Shown piece after piece: positions 1 to 14,024 of a stretch of DNA of 64,000 nt. The position numbers were made by a program, and so were the translations under genes. Origin of the DNA: Chrysomallon squamiferum (lineage: Eukaryota > Animalia > Mollusca); assembly GCA_012295275.1 (NCBI GenBank), contig CM022670.1, positions 13,020,001 through 13,084,000 of the forward strand, written 5' to 3'. The notes below the pieces were generated by a model. The model was not told the origin of the DNA. It saw only the letters and a program-made list of their open reading frames with translations, and made no database searches. Position 1 is the stretch's first letter. Every line of letters starts with the position of its first letter.

Positions 1-130
1 TGTCGTATCAGTGTAGATAATTTTTTACTTCAAATCGTTTTCTAAATAATAATAATAATAATAATAATAATACCATTTTGCACCTAGACATATAATTTTA
101 GTTATTTTTATATAATCTTAAATATGTATA

Positions 131-179
<49 letters not shown>

Positions 180-962
180 TATAGTAACTAATGTTTCTGT
201 ATTCGTTGTTAACAAGCAGTAATTTAGCATTTTTGATGTTTATCCTATTTAATCTGTTTATAATTCCCTTTACTGAGTGACGCGCACACACACACACACA
301 CACACACAAAATCATACACAGCCACATATATCCACACGCGCGTTCTCACACACGCATAAATATTAACACATAAGACAAATGCTCATACAAATTATAACAT
401 ATCAACACACACACAGAAATATACACGTACACACGCACACACACATGTATTTAGATTTACACATACACACAAGTTATGCATACAAATAGGCTTGCGCGCA
501 CACAAAAACGCATATACAAATGTTATTACAAGGGAAGATCTCCAAGTGCTGATCTATTTTCTAAGTGATGATATCCCGGAGAAGTCAAATGTTCCAGCAT
601 GTGTATCATATCAAAGGATTTGTTTTGTTTTTTGCCATCTTCTTCTTTCCAAACGGAACACATCGGCCAAGTAACACAGCTGTATGTAGCCTTCTCGTAG
701 AGAGAGAGAAAAAAAAAAAAGAAAAACCGACAAGATAAATAAACTCGACTGGAAATCAAACGCTGTGCGTGCGGAAAGTAGCATTTCTTCGTAAAACATT
801 TAGATTTTACACCCACTTCGTTCCCACCTGGGCTTGTTTGTGCTTGGAAACAAGCGAAATGCGAACAGATTTTTTGGCCTGAAGGGGATAGGTGGATACC
901 GCGCGCACTTCCAGGAAGCACACCCGGCTTGTGCTGTTCATTCTACATTTACACTGACCGAT

Positions 963-1108
963 TTCTTCTTCGTCGTCGTCTTCTTCTTCTTCCTTCTTCT
1001 TCTTCTTCTTCTTCTTCTTCTTCTTCTTCTCTTCATCGTCTTCTTCTTCCTCTTCTTCCTCTTCTTCTTTTTCTTCTTTTTCTTCTTCTTCTTCTTCTTC
1101 TTCTTCTT
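963..1108. repeat. (TTC)n microsatellite
   Basis: Read directly from the sequence. Confidence 0.95.
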
Positions 1109-1243
1109 TTAACAGGATAAATAATTTTATTTTGAAAAGTACACCTGTCAATGATAGTACAGCCTCTCATAAATTATTGGATGGTGGTTTTTAGAATAAG
1201 AAAAGAAGACAGACTCAACATTTTATTTTCTTTCAGCGACTTT

Positions 1244-1280
<37 letters not shown>

Positions 1281-1777
1281 CACCTTATGAGTTTATTTTC
1301 CTGTAGGTAAAGAGAGGAAAATATGAAAAGAAACTGACATGTGAAAGTGACATAATAAATATCGAATCATTTGCACGTACGATTGTGTAGATTTCGTGTT
1401 GACACGCGCGATAACGTCGCTGATCTTCGCGGAGGTTGCTGCAGATTGGAGCACCGCGTCGGTGGAAAAAACGCAAAGACAACAGGAAGCTGTAGATTAC
1501 GTTAAAGGGCAGAAGACACAGTGATATTAATTTGTCAGTTTGGGAAAGCCATTGATTCCGTATGTGACATGTAAAGTTTATTATCGTCCACTAAATACAC
1601 ACGTGATCAGGGTCTGTTTGGGAGGGGATGCGTGGGGCGAAGCGGTCTTGTAACAAAACTTGAAAACAGAAAACAGATAAATAAACATTTTAAAAATGTA
1701 TATAAGCTGAGTATATCATTATATTTTAGATATTTATTATTTTTCATTATATTATTATTTTATACATGGATACATAA

Positions 1778-1825
<48 letters not shown>

Positions 1826-4214
1826 AATAAAGCAATATATTTATGCTCTTTCTCTGATATATTTTAACAAAATAAAATAAATAAATAAATAAAAGAACAC
1901 GCATATTTACCAAATACATTTGGACTATTTTATTAAAATCCATCATACATACACTTCAACAACAACAAAACAAAACCAAAACCAAAACAACTCCAGACAA
2001 ATATGAAATCTGCAGCAATTAATTCAGAGCGTTAATTAACGCTTTCAAACATCTACCCTTAAATACATTACACTTCCTTGCATCATATCTTGAATATGCA
2101 AACACCTTTTCATTAAAAATAAAAATAAAAAAATTTCAAATGCTACAAACAAAATGGCCGATTTGGAATTATTATCCTAGTAATTTGAGACTATTTTTCT
2201 CTAAGCCTCCATCGAAGACTACTTCTGTTAGAACATTAAAGAGAAAGGATTGCTTTGACAGCTTGTCACTATTTAACACACACACACCATCGAAACATTA
2301 ACGCTGCTCAAATCGGGAAAGATTTGCGATCACAAAAATGTCTACCGCTCATGCAATTTGGTGGATCCTTCCCCTTGCCCCATTGTAGGTTGGAAAAACC
2401 ACCCATACAGTTGCCGCTCGGTTTACTAAAATGAAATAAATGTTTAAGGTCATGAATTGTTAAAATAAATATTATGTCGTTTATGTCGATGCTGTTTGCT
2501 TTTGTTCGCGTCTTCAGCCTTTTTCGCTGCGAATGGCTTTCATATGTCGCGGCCGAACCGCGCACAAGAACACGGGCCAGTATCGTTGTATAAACCGCGG
2601 ATTGTTTTCTTTTCGGCGCGGAACCACATGAGCTGCAAGTATCGTTTCGCGTTGAGCGTGTTGCGCACATTTTCTTCCAAGTGTTACGCCCGAGGAATCG
2701 AGACGAAAGGCAGCACAATGTGGAGAGAGAAGTTTACCATTAAATTAAACTTTCTTTTCTTTCTTGCGTTTTTTTTTTTTTTTCTGTTTTCGGTTTACAA
2801 AGACTCAGCCAGAATGCAGGAGCAATAAGATTTTTTTTTTTTTTTATTAGGATAAAATTAACATATCGAGAGTGAAAATAGATTTTGAAATACATTTGTT
2901 ATTATGAATTACTGCTTGTGTGTGCATGTAAGTATGTATGTATATATAATGTGTATGTATGTATGTAAGACTGTGTACAGTTATATTTTGCTGTGTATTT
3001 TTATAAATTCATTTTAAAGTCAGCATAATTGGGTTTTTTTATATATATATATATATATATTGATGTAATACATATTTAGCTTTTGCGTTTGTTTTATTTC
3101 TTTTTCTTCTTATTATTTTTGTATACACTTCAAAGACAAAGTTATTGTTTGATGTGTGTATTTTGTAATTAAATATTACAATAAAAGGATTTTTGGCGTG
3201 TAACTCGACGCTGTTTTTGTGTTATTCAAATGTGTTTTGCATATCGCGCTCACTAAGAATACCTGTGGTTCGTGTTAATGTTTGTTGTTTTACTAACAGA
3301 AAATTACACGTCAGACGTAACTGATATAAAAGTCTGTCCAGTCTGCAGCAGCTGTCCATCAAGTTAGGCCACAGACTCACGCCACTGACCACTGGCCACA
3401 AGAGCCCGTCAGAAATGACCATCAATTATTTTAGTTAGAAAAATGTTGGGGAAAAAAAAAAGAAAAAAAAATAGATTATCACTTTATCATATGATTTAAA
3501 AATGAAACACCCCTTATTAATGTTCAGAAGAGTTTAATAGAGTCTACATTGTATATTAGAACAGTATTTTATAATCAGTCTGTTTATGGATATTCAAACA
3601 TATTTTTGTATTTATATGAGATAATAAATGTTTGGATTTTTATTTAAATTAATGTTTGTTATTGTCCGAAATTTTAAACCAGTATTCTAAGATATGCTTT
3701 ATTGTAATCAGTTACAGTTTGCCTTTATTAATAATCGTATTTTTGTTTTAATTGTTGTATTATATTATTTTATTTTAATAATTAAAAAAGCATAATAATA
3801 AAATAATAAAACTTTAAAACTCTTATATATTTTTACACTTCTTTATTTTAAAATCTTATATATTTTTAATATGATGTTTTCATTTATGAAAAGAAAAGTC
3901 ATTAATCTTTTTTCTTTATTAAAAAAAAAAAAAAAACACATGAAGTATTGCCATTATAATTGATCTTGTTATTCTAACGTTTTAAGTACTTATCTGGTAC
4001 CAATTTATCTTAATCTAATCAACTACAAACACAAGGTACAAGAAAAACAACAGTGTAACAGAACGTGTCAAAAAAAGAAAAGAAAAGATTCAAATATTTT
4101 GGACCTGAAATCTGCAAATTCTTAACGAATTTCTGAAAGTAAATATCGCCAAATTCCAGATTGTCAGAAATAATAGAAATGTGTTCTTTGGTGTCAAAGT
4201 TTAAACGTTATATT

Positions 4215-4390
4215 ATTGTAGAATGCGGTCTTCTGATGCCACGAATGCAATTATAATAACCAAGAAGCAGGCAAGCTTCGAAACGTTTCCACATACCACC
4301 AGTTCTATTTATTGACACAACAGTTTCAGGCCATCCATCAAACACTCTCAAAACTGTTATTGTCTTAACAGGAAGCTGAAATTCCTCCAA
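4215..4390 (-). mobile_element. Possible Gypsy-type LTR retrotransposon integrase relic
   Basis: Minus-strand KTITVLRVFDGWPETVVSIN...FEACL...NCIRGIRRPHS resembles the integrase core TIxxLRxxFxxxGxPExIVSDN...FxxF...NGIxHxxxxPYHP. Confidence 0.4.
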
Positions 4391-5125
4391 GACAAATTAT
4401 TTTCGTGTCTTCAGTCAGACTGTACGTTTTGCTGACTTTGTGCGTCTTGCTGTCTTGGTGCGGTTTGCTTTTCTTGTAATCTTAACGTTTGACAGTTCTC
4501 AACAGATTTGCGAGTTCACTACTTTTCTCCAATTCTTTTTTTTTTTCTTTCTTTGCAAAAACACAACAACTAAATTATTTGATTAGATTTACATGATAAA
4601 GGTGACATTTACGCATCTTTGTGAATACTAATAAATCTAAACTCGCACTGGAATTTCTGTTTATTTTGCGTTTTCTTCTGTTTCATTTCACCCTTTTCCT
4701 ATTTCTCGTTCCTGGATCAAGGATTAAAACCCACAAGCTTTCAAAATATTTTTTATTTTTTATTTTTTTTGTAATTTTATATTATTGTTTTTTTTATTGT
4801 GATATTGTGATAGCTACCCTTGTTTCCCTAATCAACTGCTTTTTTTCTTTTCATTGCTATTATACATGTAAATGTTTTGGAATGTTTTTTTTTTTTTTTT
4901 TTTTTTTCTTCTCCTTATATGAATTACGGTTTAGATATCTCAGTGCTGGTTGTGCAGTCCGTTAACTGTCCATACATCTGTGTGTCTGATCAGTATCATA
5001 TTGTATCACTAGCTGTAACACACAAAGATTTGCAGATTATCTTACTTCTTCCAGACGTGTCAAGAATGAACAACTTTTTTCTTCTAAATATGTCTTGCAT
5101 TTGCTGTTGTTATTCAAACGTCAGT

Positions 5126-5231
<106 letters not shown>

Positions 5232-7020
5232 GAGGAAGAAGAGACACTGAGAGACAGAGTGAGACAGTGATATTTATATTTGTAAGTATGAGACAAACCG
5301 AGTCAAGATAAATAAATATTTATTTGAAATCTCAATACACTGACTTACTAACACGGTAAGTAAAGTAATTTCAAAACGTAAATACATACCGATTTCTTGT
5401 CTTTCTTAAAAGTGCTTTTTGTTTTCTTCTTTTAACTCTTAACTTTTTTATTTATTTATTTACTTATTTATTTATTTAGTTATTTGTTTGTTTGTTTGTT
5501 TGTTTATTGATATTATTTATTTACTCGTTTGAGTGTTTTATTGTTTGTTTATATATTTATTTATTTACTCACTTACTTTCTTACTTATTTCCTTGCTTAC
5601 TTACTCATTTATTTATTTTGTGCTCAGTCTATTTATTTTGTATTCTTCATTTTCTATTTTATTTATTAAAAAAAGGGGAAAAAAAACAACAACAACAAAA
5701 AAAACTCTCTCCCACTAAACCAAACTATTTTTGCATTTCAGACAAAATTTAAATGACAGCAATTAACCTTAAAACAAACGTGTTTTCGGAAAACCCCTAA
5801 TGTCGGAACTTAAGTCATGGAAACGGAGATCTTTTGAAGTGAATAAATAAACAAGAAAAAAAAAAAAAAAATGTCTGACATTTTCCTTAAAAGTGTTGGG
5901 CCAGACTTGCCTCTGGGATTTGTACTTTTTAAACGTTTGTCGGGTTTTTCACAGAAAAGAATGTTTTGAAGAAAGATGCCCGTAACAACACGCCAATGAT
6001 CCGGTAATTTCGTGATAATCTGCGAGAAAACGAAGCAGACGTGTCGGTTTTAACTTTCGGAGGCGGCACGCGCAGAGATAAGTCTTTGTTTAAGTTGGGA
6101 CAGAGTTTTAAACGATTGTCGAACAAACCTCAAATACAACAGGCGCCATTTGTTGTTGTTTCTCTTAACATAATTTGAAAATCTTAATTTCGCATCTTTA
6201 AGTTTGTTTATTTTTTTTCCATCGTCGCCATTTTGTAAACTGGAGAAAGACGGAAGAGGAAATAAGGTGTATACGTACATGTAATTATTATATGATGATT
6301 ATAATCATATTGATGATGATGATGATTATTATTATTATAGATTAAAATAGTTTAAAATTGTTAATATATAATAATAAATTTTATCAGAAATTGAAAAATA
6401 TTTTTGGTAGTATTTAATGTACATTATTTATTTATTTATTTATTTATTTATTATTTTCTCTTTGTTTGATATCGATTTAATTTAAAGAATTTTTGGGGGG
6501 GTAGTTGTATTTATTTTTATTTATTAATTTATTTATTCTCTGCAATGTTAAAAATAATAAATAAAAAAAATTGTTTTGAAAAAAACAATGAACTGAAAAG
6601 AACAACTTAAAAAACAAAACAAGAGCAATTATCAAATTTACAGCAATATTCTTTTTATCAAATAACTCTTTTTTCAGACCTTCGGTGACATAACAACAAC
6701 AGCTGCATCAACATCGGTAACACTGCAACGAAACTTGAGTGAAATGCTTTGCATAGAATATTTTCTATGATCTATCAACGGTGTGAATAAACAGAGAAAA
6801 TGTCTGAAAATAACAAGTATTATATCAGTAACTTCAGGTACATAATAGCAGAACCGTTAAAATAATAATAATAATAATAAAAATAATAAAAATAATAATA
6901 ATAATAATCATAATCATAATCATAATCATAATAATAAGAAGAAGAGAAGAAGATGTAATGAACATCATATCAGTACTAAATTTACAAAACGAAGAACAAT
7001 TGTTTATAAAATGATTGTAT

Positions 7021-7070
<50 letters not shown>

Positions 7071-9564
7071 TTATTATTATTTATTATTACGTTTATTCTG
7101 TTTATCACTAATTACTAATGCGTCAAGATTAAACAAACAATAACAAAAATATAATTTAAATATTTAAATACACTAAAATACGAGCACAAACATGCATACG
7201 TTTATACAAATTACTTATTGCTAAGCTCACATGTAGTTTCAGTCATACAAACATTTACTCATAATACAAGTCAAACACGTACATGATTAAACATGATGGC
7301 ATACACAACATATGCGTTCTTAACAATAGTTATATAAATGTGTACATAAACACTTGCACCTTCAAAAATATACATACATGCGCATAACACATCCGTGTAC
7401 AAAAATAAATATACATAGATACATTACGAACTAACCCATACTCACACTAAAGACTGATGTATACACACACTTACTGACAAATAAACAGCAACCCACAGGC
7501 ACATAAATATTACACAAAATGTACCGGTATGACCAGATTCTAATAAAAATAGAAAATTTAAAGAAGATAAAAACTGTATGTATAAACATGTGTATGTGTA
7601 TTTGTGTATGTATATATATATATATACATCGTCAACGTGCACAATGACATTCACAACTGATTAGCTGTTTACAACAGCCACGACCTGTCTTATTCATTCA
7701 CACGACGACATTCTCGCTCGATTCGAATAAAAGCGAAAAGACAACAAATGACAAGTGGCTTTGAGAGACCCAGCGAGAACTTGCTGCCGTTCATCGTGTA
7801 TCATTTTTTTTGCTTGCTACTTTCCCCTTCTTCTTCTTCCTCGTGTTGTTCGAGTGTTTCTGTATTTACAAAACTTATATAAAAGGGTGTTTGTAGTTTT
7901 GACAGTGGTAAAAAATTGACGTTTTTCATGCGATGTGTTGATTCAGGTGTATATAAGAGTTGTGGGTGGGTGGGTTTTTTTCTTCGTTTCTTCTTCTCTT
8001 CTTTTTTTTTTTTTTTTTTTTTTTTCATCTAGAGAAAATTTCGAGTGTGTACGAGTTCAACAAACTCTGTATATTAAACAATCAACATGTTGAGATATAT
8101 ATTTTCGTTCCAATCAAGGTTAAAGCTTGTTTGTCATGGACGAGCAGCCCGAGGATTTTTGCGAGATAGAAGCGAGTTGTTAGTAAGTGAGTGAAATAGT
8201 TTAGAGAGAACAGAAGGTTTGTGTTAGTTATGATTAGCGTTCATCTATTTCGTGACAGGACGCACAATCAGTCTTTGTTACTCTGTTGATATTTATTTTT
8301 TATTTTTTATTTTTTTCCCCGATCCATTCAGAAATCCAACACAGGCTGAACAAATGTCACGACCTGTATTTTTTCTCACTTTTGTAAAGTGCACATAAAA
8401 AATTAGCTTGCTGTTAATCATTAATAGGGGCATCGTAATTTTTGTTGTTGTTTTGGGAGTTTTTACGGGGATGTTTTATGGGGGGGTATTCTTTGGATTT
8501 TTAAAGGGGTTTTACGGGTGTAGTTTTAGGGGGGAGGGGGTGTTTTGCTTTTTGACACATAACATCACTGTACTAAATAATAATAATAATAATAATATAA
8601 AATGTCATGGTGCATCGCTAAACTAACAACCGTTCATTAATTCATTGCAGCAGATCTTCAACGATATCAATTATCAAAAATTACTAATGAAAATTATTAT
8701 CTTTATCGATTAACGTAAATCAACACGATCAGAAATCGGTCCTTTTCGTCTGCAAGGGCATACTTAAACAACGTTGTGACGCAGGAGAACGTTAAGACGT
8801 CGGACAGTTTACACACCGCGTTGTGAACGGCGAAAATGGGCAAACATTTGTAGGACGGCTTTTCTTTTCATTGGTTAAGTCTAAAAAGCCACTAAATACT
8901 AGCGACAAACACAGAAACAGCACAAGCGTCGTGTTTGCTTTAAAATCCCTCGATTGTGCTAATATTCCGAGCTATTTGACGAGATCTTTACGAAGAATTT
9001 AACCACAAAATCCCCCCTGTTTGTTCAGCACCGGCTTCTTATTAGTGTCCAGAAATATTTAAAAAAATAAAAAAACTCTAGTCCGAACCGCTGGCCCGGT
9101 TGACATTCATTTCTGCGTGGCGCCAAAACGTCCCCAAGGCAACCGTGCCGTTATTTGGAGTGTTGCTGTTAAAACGGCTTAGAGAATATTCTGAATGCTT
9201 TTGGCGAAAAAATAACCAAATATTTTGAAAAATGTTGTGTACCTTAGCCCCCGGGTCTCGTTTTAATTTCCCTCGGACGCGTTATATATTTAGCTGCTCA
9301 CTTAGTCGCTGGATGCGCCACTAACACAGAACTTGCGGTCCCTTGCGGTGATCTGCCCGCACCGTAATCAACAATAGGCCATCAACATCAAAGTCGCGTG
9401 GAACGTTTGTTATCAGGAGTCTTCACACGATATGCACAGAAAATGGCTCATTAAACTTGAAAACTGAAGACGTACAAGAACGTGATCTCTTTAAGTTGTG
9501 ATAATTTTACGTACCTTTTTTTTTTTTTGGATAGAATGTCTTCTTAAAGAATTGGTTTCTGGCA

Positions 9565-9725
9565 CGGACTGTCGCTGGATCGATCCTCCTTGATGCCCCT
9601 CTGTATTTGGTACCAGTCTATTTTTACTATGAGAGATTGCTAAACATTTTGGTATGTGTTGTCATCTCTATGAATTTTTTTTTTTTTTTAAAAAGAGCGA
9701 TCATTAGTGAGAGTAATCCATGAAA
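9565..9725 (+). mobile_element. Possible highly decayed tRNA-derived SINE
   Basis: B-box-like GGATCGATCC followed by GGTATGTG.. and AAAAGA..GAGTAATCCATGAA blocks. These resemble a gastropod SINE as I remember it; the match is weak and unverified. Confidence 0.25.
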
Positions 9726-10029
9726 CATTATGTATATGAAACCAAAAAAAGAAATAAATAATAAAAGAAAAATCATTTAAATTCATTGAGGATCGTCATG
9801 TTCATCACTGTCGTTACTATCATCATCGCCGTGATTGTTATCACCATCATTATCATTTTTATGATCATCAAAATCATATTCATCATTACTATCACCAACA
9901 TTAGCACCATCATCCTCACGATCATATATTTACTGCTATAAAAATATTACTACCAAAGTTCATGTTTGTTTGTTTGTTTTAAAAATAAAAAGTAAACATA
10001 AATGAGCTGGAAATAGATTAAAAATATGT

Positions 10030-10068
<39 letters not shown>

Positions 10069-10360
10069 GGGTACTCGACAAGAAATTTACACTTTCAAAT
10101 TGTTTACAAATTAAAATATGTACTCAAAGAGAAACAAAAACAAAAAAAATAAAAAAAAAAAATAAACAAAAAGATTTATTTATTTATGTGTCTAATTAAA
10201 TGTTTTTATAGGCCTATATTCTTTAACTGAACATAATTTTGCAATACCATTTAATTAAAAAATAAATTAAATAAAGGCAATTTAAATTTTTAAAGTTTTT
10301 AATATTTTGAATAAAATGACAAGCTTTATTTTAGAATTTAATTGTAACGTTTCCATAATA

Positions 10361-10432
10361 GCCGTGATCGTATAGTGGTTAGTACTTCGCGTTGTGGCCG
10401 CGACAACCCAGGTTCGAATCCTGGTCACGGCA
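10361..10432 (+). tRNA. tRNA-His-GTG: tRNA-His (anticodon GTG)
   Basis: GCCGTGATCGTATAGTGGTTAGTACTTCGCGTTGTGGCCGCGACAACCCAGGTTCGAATCCTGGTCACGGCA. Acceptor stem GCCGTGA/TCACGGC, anticodon stem TCGCG/CGCGA around TT-GTG-GC, T arm CCAGG-TTCGAAT-CCTGG. No encoded G-1 or CCA, as expected for a eukaryotic tRNA-His. Confidence 0.97.
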
Positions 10433-10442
10433 GGAAACAAAC

Positions 10443-10457
10443 TTTTTTTTTTTTTTT
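10443..10457 (+). terminator. RNA polymerase III oligo-T terminator of tRNA-His
   Basis: T run starting about 10 nt after the discriminator base. Confidence 0.75.
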
Positions 10458-10594
10458 AATTTTATATTATTATTTTTAATTTATTTGATTATTATTAGTA
10501 GTAGTAATAGTAATAGCAGTAGTCTTAATTGCTAAAATGTTGAAATTCTGAGTATCATTTTAAAAAATATATTATTTCAGTACGAATGTGTGTG

Positions 10595-10638
<44 letters not shown>

Positions 10639-12319
10639 GATAAATAACAGAAAAACATATTTTGCTAATTGTTAACATGAATAATAAATATTTAAGATAT
10701 TGAATCACTGTTTATAGCTACAGATTAAATATTTAAATAAATTAATAGTTAAAATTACTCACTTTTCGAGATATATATTCACTATGTAAGCAGACATAGA
10801 TCCAGGGAAGAAAAAGAGGCATCTGAAATTCAATTCAAGCTATGTTAAAAAATAAAACTTTTAAATTTGCTTATGCATACTCAATGCTTTGCTGTTGGTA
10901 AGTATTCATTCATTATTCCTTCTTTCACGTATTCATTCATCTATTTATTCATTCATTCATTTACTCATTTAAAAAAAATAAAAATAAAATGTATTCCATT
11001 CATTTATGCACACCTATTACATTTTACAGTCACAGGTGGGCGTGGAAGAAATCAGTGAAACAAACATGTGCGGTGGTCGCGTATTTCAGCAGGAGACAAA
11101 TCTATCATCTTTAACAACTGCTAAACAGGCAAACATGCGGACACGACGCTAAACGACGCGACACCGTCGTCCCTCCCTCCCTCCATTTTTCAATTAAGCA
11201 ATAACTGGTTTCACTGCCGGCCTAATCGTTTGTTCAAAGCGGCAATCGACAGCGGGCTTTAATTGACACGTGCCCGGTGTCCATTTCAATCTCGCGCTGA
11301 ATGCCCTGATCTCGCGTGAATCTCCCCGTGGGAATGTTCATCAATTTTCATGAATTTGTACATGATTCGCGGTAACAATCCTATGAAAGCTTTAATTAAC
11401 AGAGCCTAAGAAATCGCATGGCGCCACTCTCAGAACGAGAAGACGAGGATTCTAAAAAAAAAAAAAAAAACACATCAGTTATTCGCTGCCATTTTTGCCC
11501 CGGCAAACATTTTTCATCAATTCTTTTACTACGATTCAATTTTTTTTTTTTTTTTTTTTTTTTATTTCTTTTATTTAAATCTTTCTCACTTCTCTCTCTC
11601 TCTCTCTTTCTCAAACTGTGTATGCATCTACAACTTCGAAATGAATTCGTATTCAATCGTAACAATAATTATTTTGAAATCTCGCGGGAATTCGGCTTTA
11701 CAAAACGCGCCGGAGATTTTCTCCCGCCACGGACGTGTTTTTTTCCTTATCTGGTGTTACAGTTCGACAGCGATCCCTTCTGAATGCCGCGCGCTAAAAC
11801 GCACGACCCTCGCACCTCTGGCGGTTGATTATTCGGGGAAAATGAAAACGCAAGGCATAAAATTTGGCCAGAAAAAGCGTTCAAAACAAGCTAAGATTTC
11901 CCACAGGGGTTATGGGTATTTAGTAAATGTCTAAGGACCTTGTTGTTAAATCGTCAAATGTCGGCAGTTGTCGGAGATTGCGTTACACGGGCGAGTGCCG
12001 ATGAGTTAAACATATGATTTGCGAAAGCTCGCCTTTTCTTTTCGGGTTCACAGTTGTCAGCAAATTACGGAGTACGCTATAATTAACGTTAATTTGTAGC
12101 AGAGTCTTTTTACGAGTTTTGACGCCGTGCAGAGTTTGATTTTATTAAGATTTAATTAGAATTTTCCACGTTCACGTCAAACAGAAGCAGTTAATACGAA
12201 ATCCAGATTAATGAGTAAATAATATTTATATTAATTTGATTGTTTAATCGATATCCCTTCTACGCAATACAAATGTATATAATTATAATAAATATTCTAT
12301 CAGTAATTTTGTTGGTGTA

Positions 12320-12353
<34 letters not shown>

Positions 12354-12500
12354 TATGTTATATGTGTATATGGAAGATGTACAAAACAAATTATTAGTAG
12401 AAAAAAGATAATAAAAATAATAATAATAAAAAAAAAAAAATTCACGAGACAGAATAAGAAATATCTATAGACAAACTGAGCAAGAGACACAAAAATATAA

Positions 12501-12562
<62 letters not shown>

Positions 12563-13205
12563 GACTATAATGGTATATATAGTTATAAATGATAATTATT
12601 TCATAACGTATAATATTTTTAACTTTTACTCAAACATATTTCCAAAAACAAATAAATAAATATGTATAAGTAAATAAATAAATGTTATATTTTGAAAAAC
12701 TCAACGAATAAATGCCATTATGTATTTTTTTATTTGAATCATTCGGTTATTTTCTTCATCCTACATCAATTAATTATTTTATTCATTCACGTATTCTATC
12801 TTTTATCTATTAGGTTATTCATTTATTCAACTCATTTAACTTTTAATTAAATTAGGAAATCTAAATTAGTTCCTTTATACATTATGATTTAATTAATAAT
12901 AATAATAAAAAAATAAATAATTATCACCTTTTTAAACATTCTTTACAAACTGCCATTAAACCGCATGTTCAAACTGTTACGCCGCATGACTGAGATAGTT
13001 ATATTGATTTGGTTAACGTTCAGAATACCAGTCAAATAAACGGAAGCCGCCCTTGTTGGCCCCATCCCGCCCTGACCGCTGTAGACTGGTTGTTAACACA
13101 GAGTCGCTAATTAATGAGCGGGGTCTTTGATGGTTTTTGTAACATAACTGTATGATTTTGTGTAATCAAATAAATATGTCCTCATACATCTTACTTTAAT
13201 TGTGT

Positions 13206-13256
<51 letters not shown>

Positions 13257-13479
13257 TTTTTGGTTTGTTTTGTTTGTTTGTTGTTGTTTTTTTTTTTTTT
13301 TTTTTTGTAATTATTATTAAATAGACTTAAAAATACAATGATGTTTTGTTGTTGATTAAACTGTTGGTTTTTTGGTTGTTGTAGTTTTTATCTCGAATAA
13401 CATTTAAATATATGTATGTGTGACGGAGTATGTGTGTGTGTATATGTATGTATCCACATAGGTATCTATTCATCTATCC

Positions 13480-13590
<111 letters not shown>

Positions 13591-13986
13591 TAGATACATG
13601 ACACACATACACACACACACATATGATATTTTTCACATCCTGCCCCACTCCACGTTTCCAGCTCACCTCCCGTCCCAATCTCGGTGTGTTTATTTCTGTT
13701 GTGAAAACGAGGAAAGTAAAAATCTGAATTTCTCGAGGCATTTTCGCTCGCATCACCTGCAAAGAGTTGTCTCTGAAACGCGATCTCGTAAACAAACGAT
13801 CATTGCACATCAAAGAGCGAGCGAGCCAGCTTTCACAACACAACTCTGAACAATCACAAACTTGCCTGTGTCTGCGGGGAGCGAGAAACAGAAAATAAAA
13901 CAAAATCAAAAATATAATAATGAAAGAGAAAGTTGTGGTTTTGCGACCCACTCCCAGTGAAGAACAAACACGAGAAATATATGGGT

Positions 13987-14024
<38 letters not shown>

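Noticed and set aside
6140-6235. YY1/Pho-like CGCCATTT sites plus GA repeats as a Polycomb response element
   Set aside because: GA microsatellites are ubiquitous here and the motif is short, so it cannot be distinguished from background by eye.
13800-13840. miR-2-like words (CATCAAAG, AGCCAGCTTT), and similar partial matches to miR-153 near 51726 and miR-7 near 57367
   Set aside because: The matches are partial, with no seed match and no precursor hairpin.
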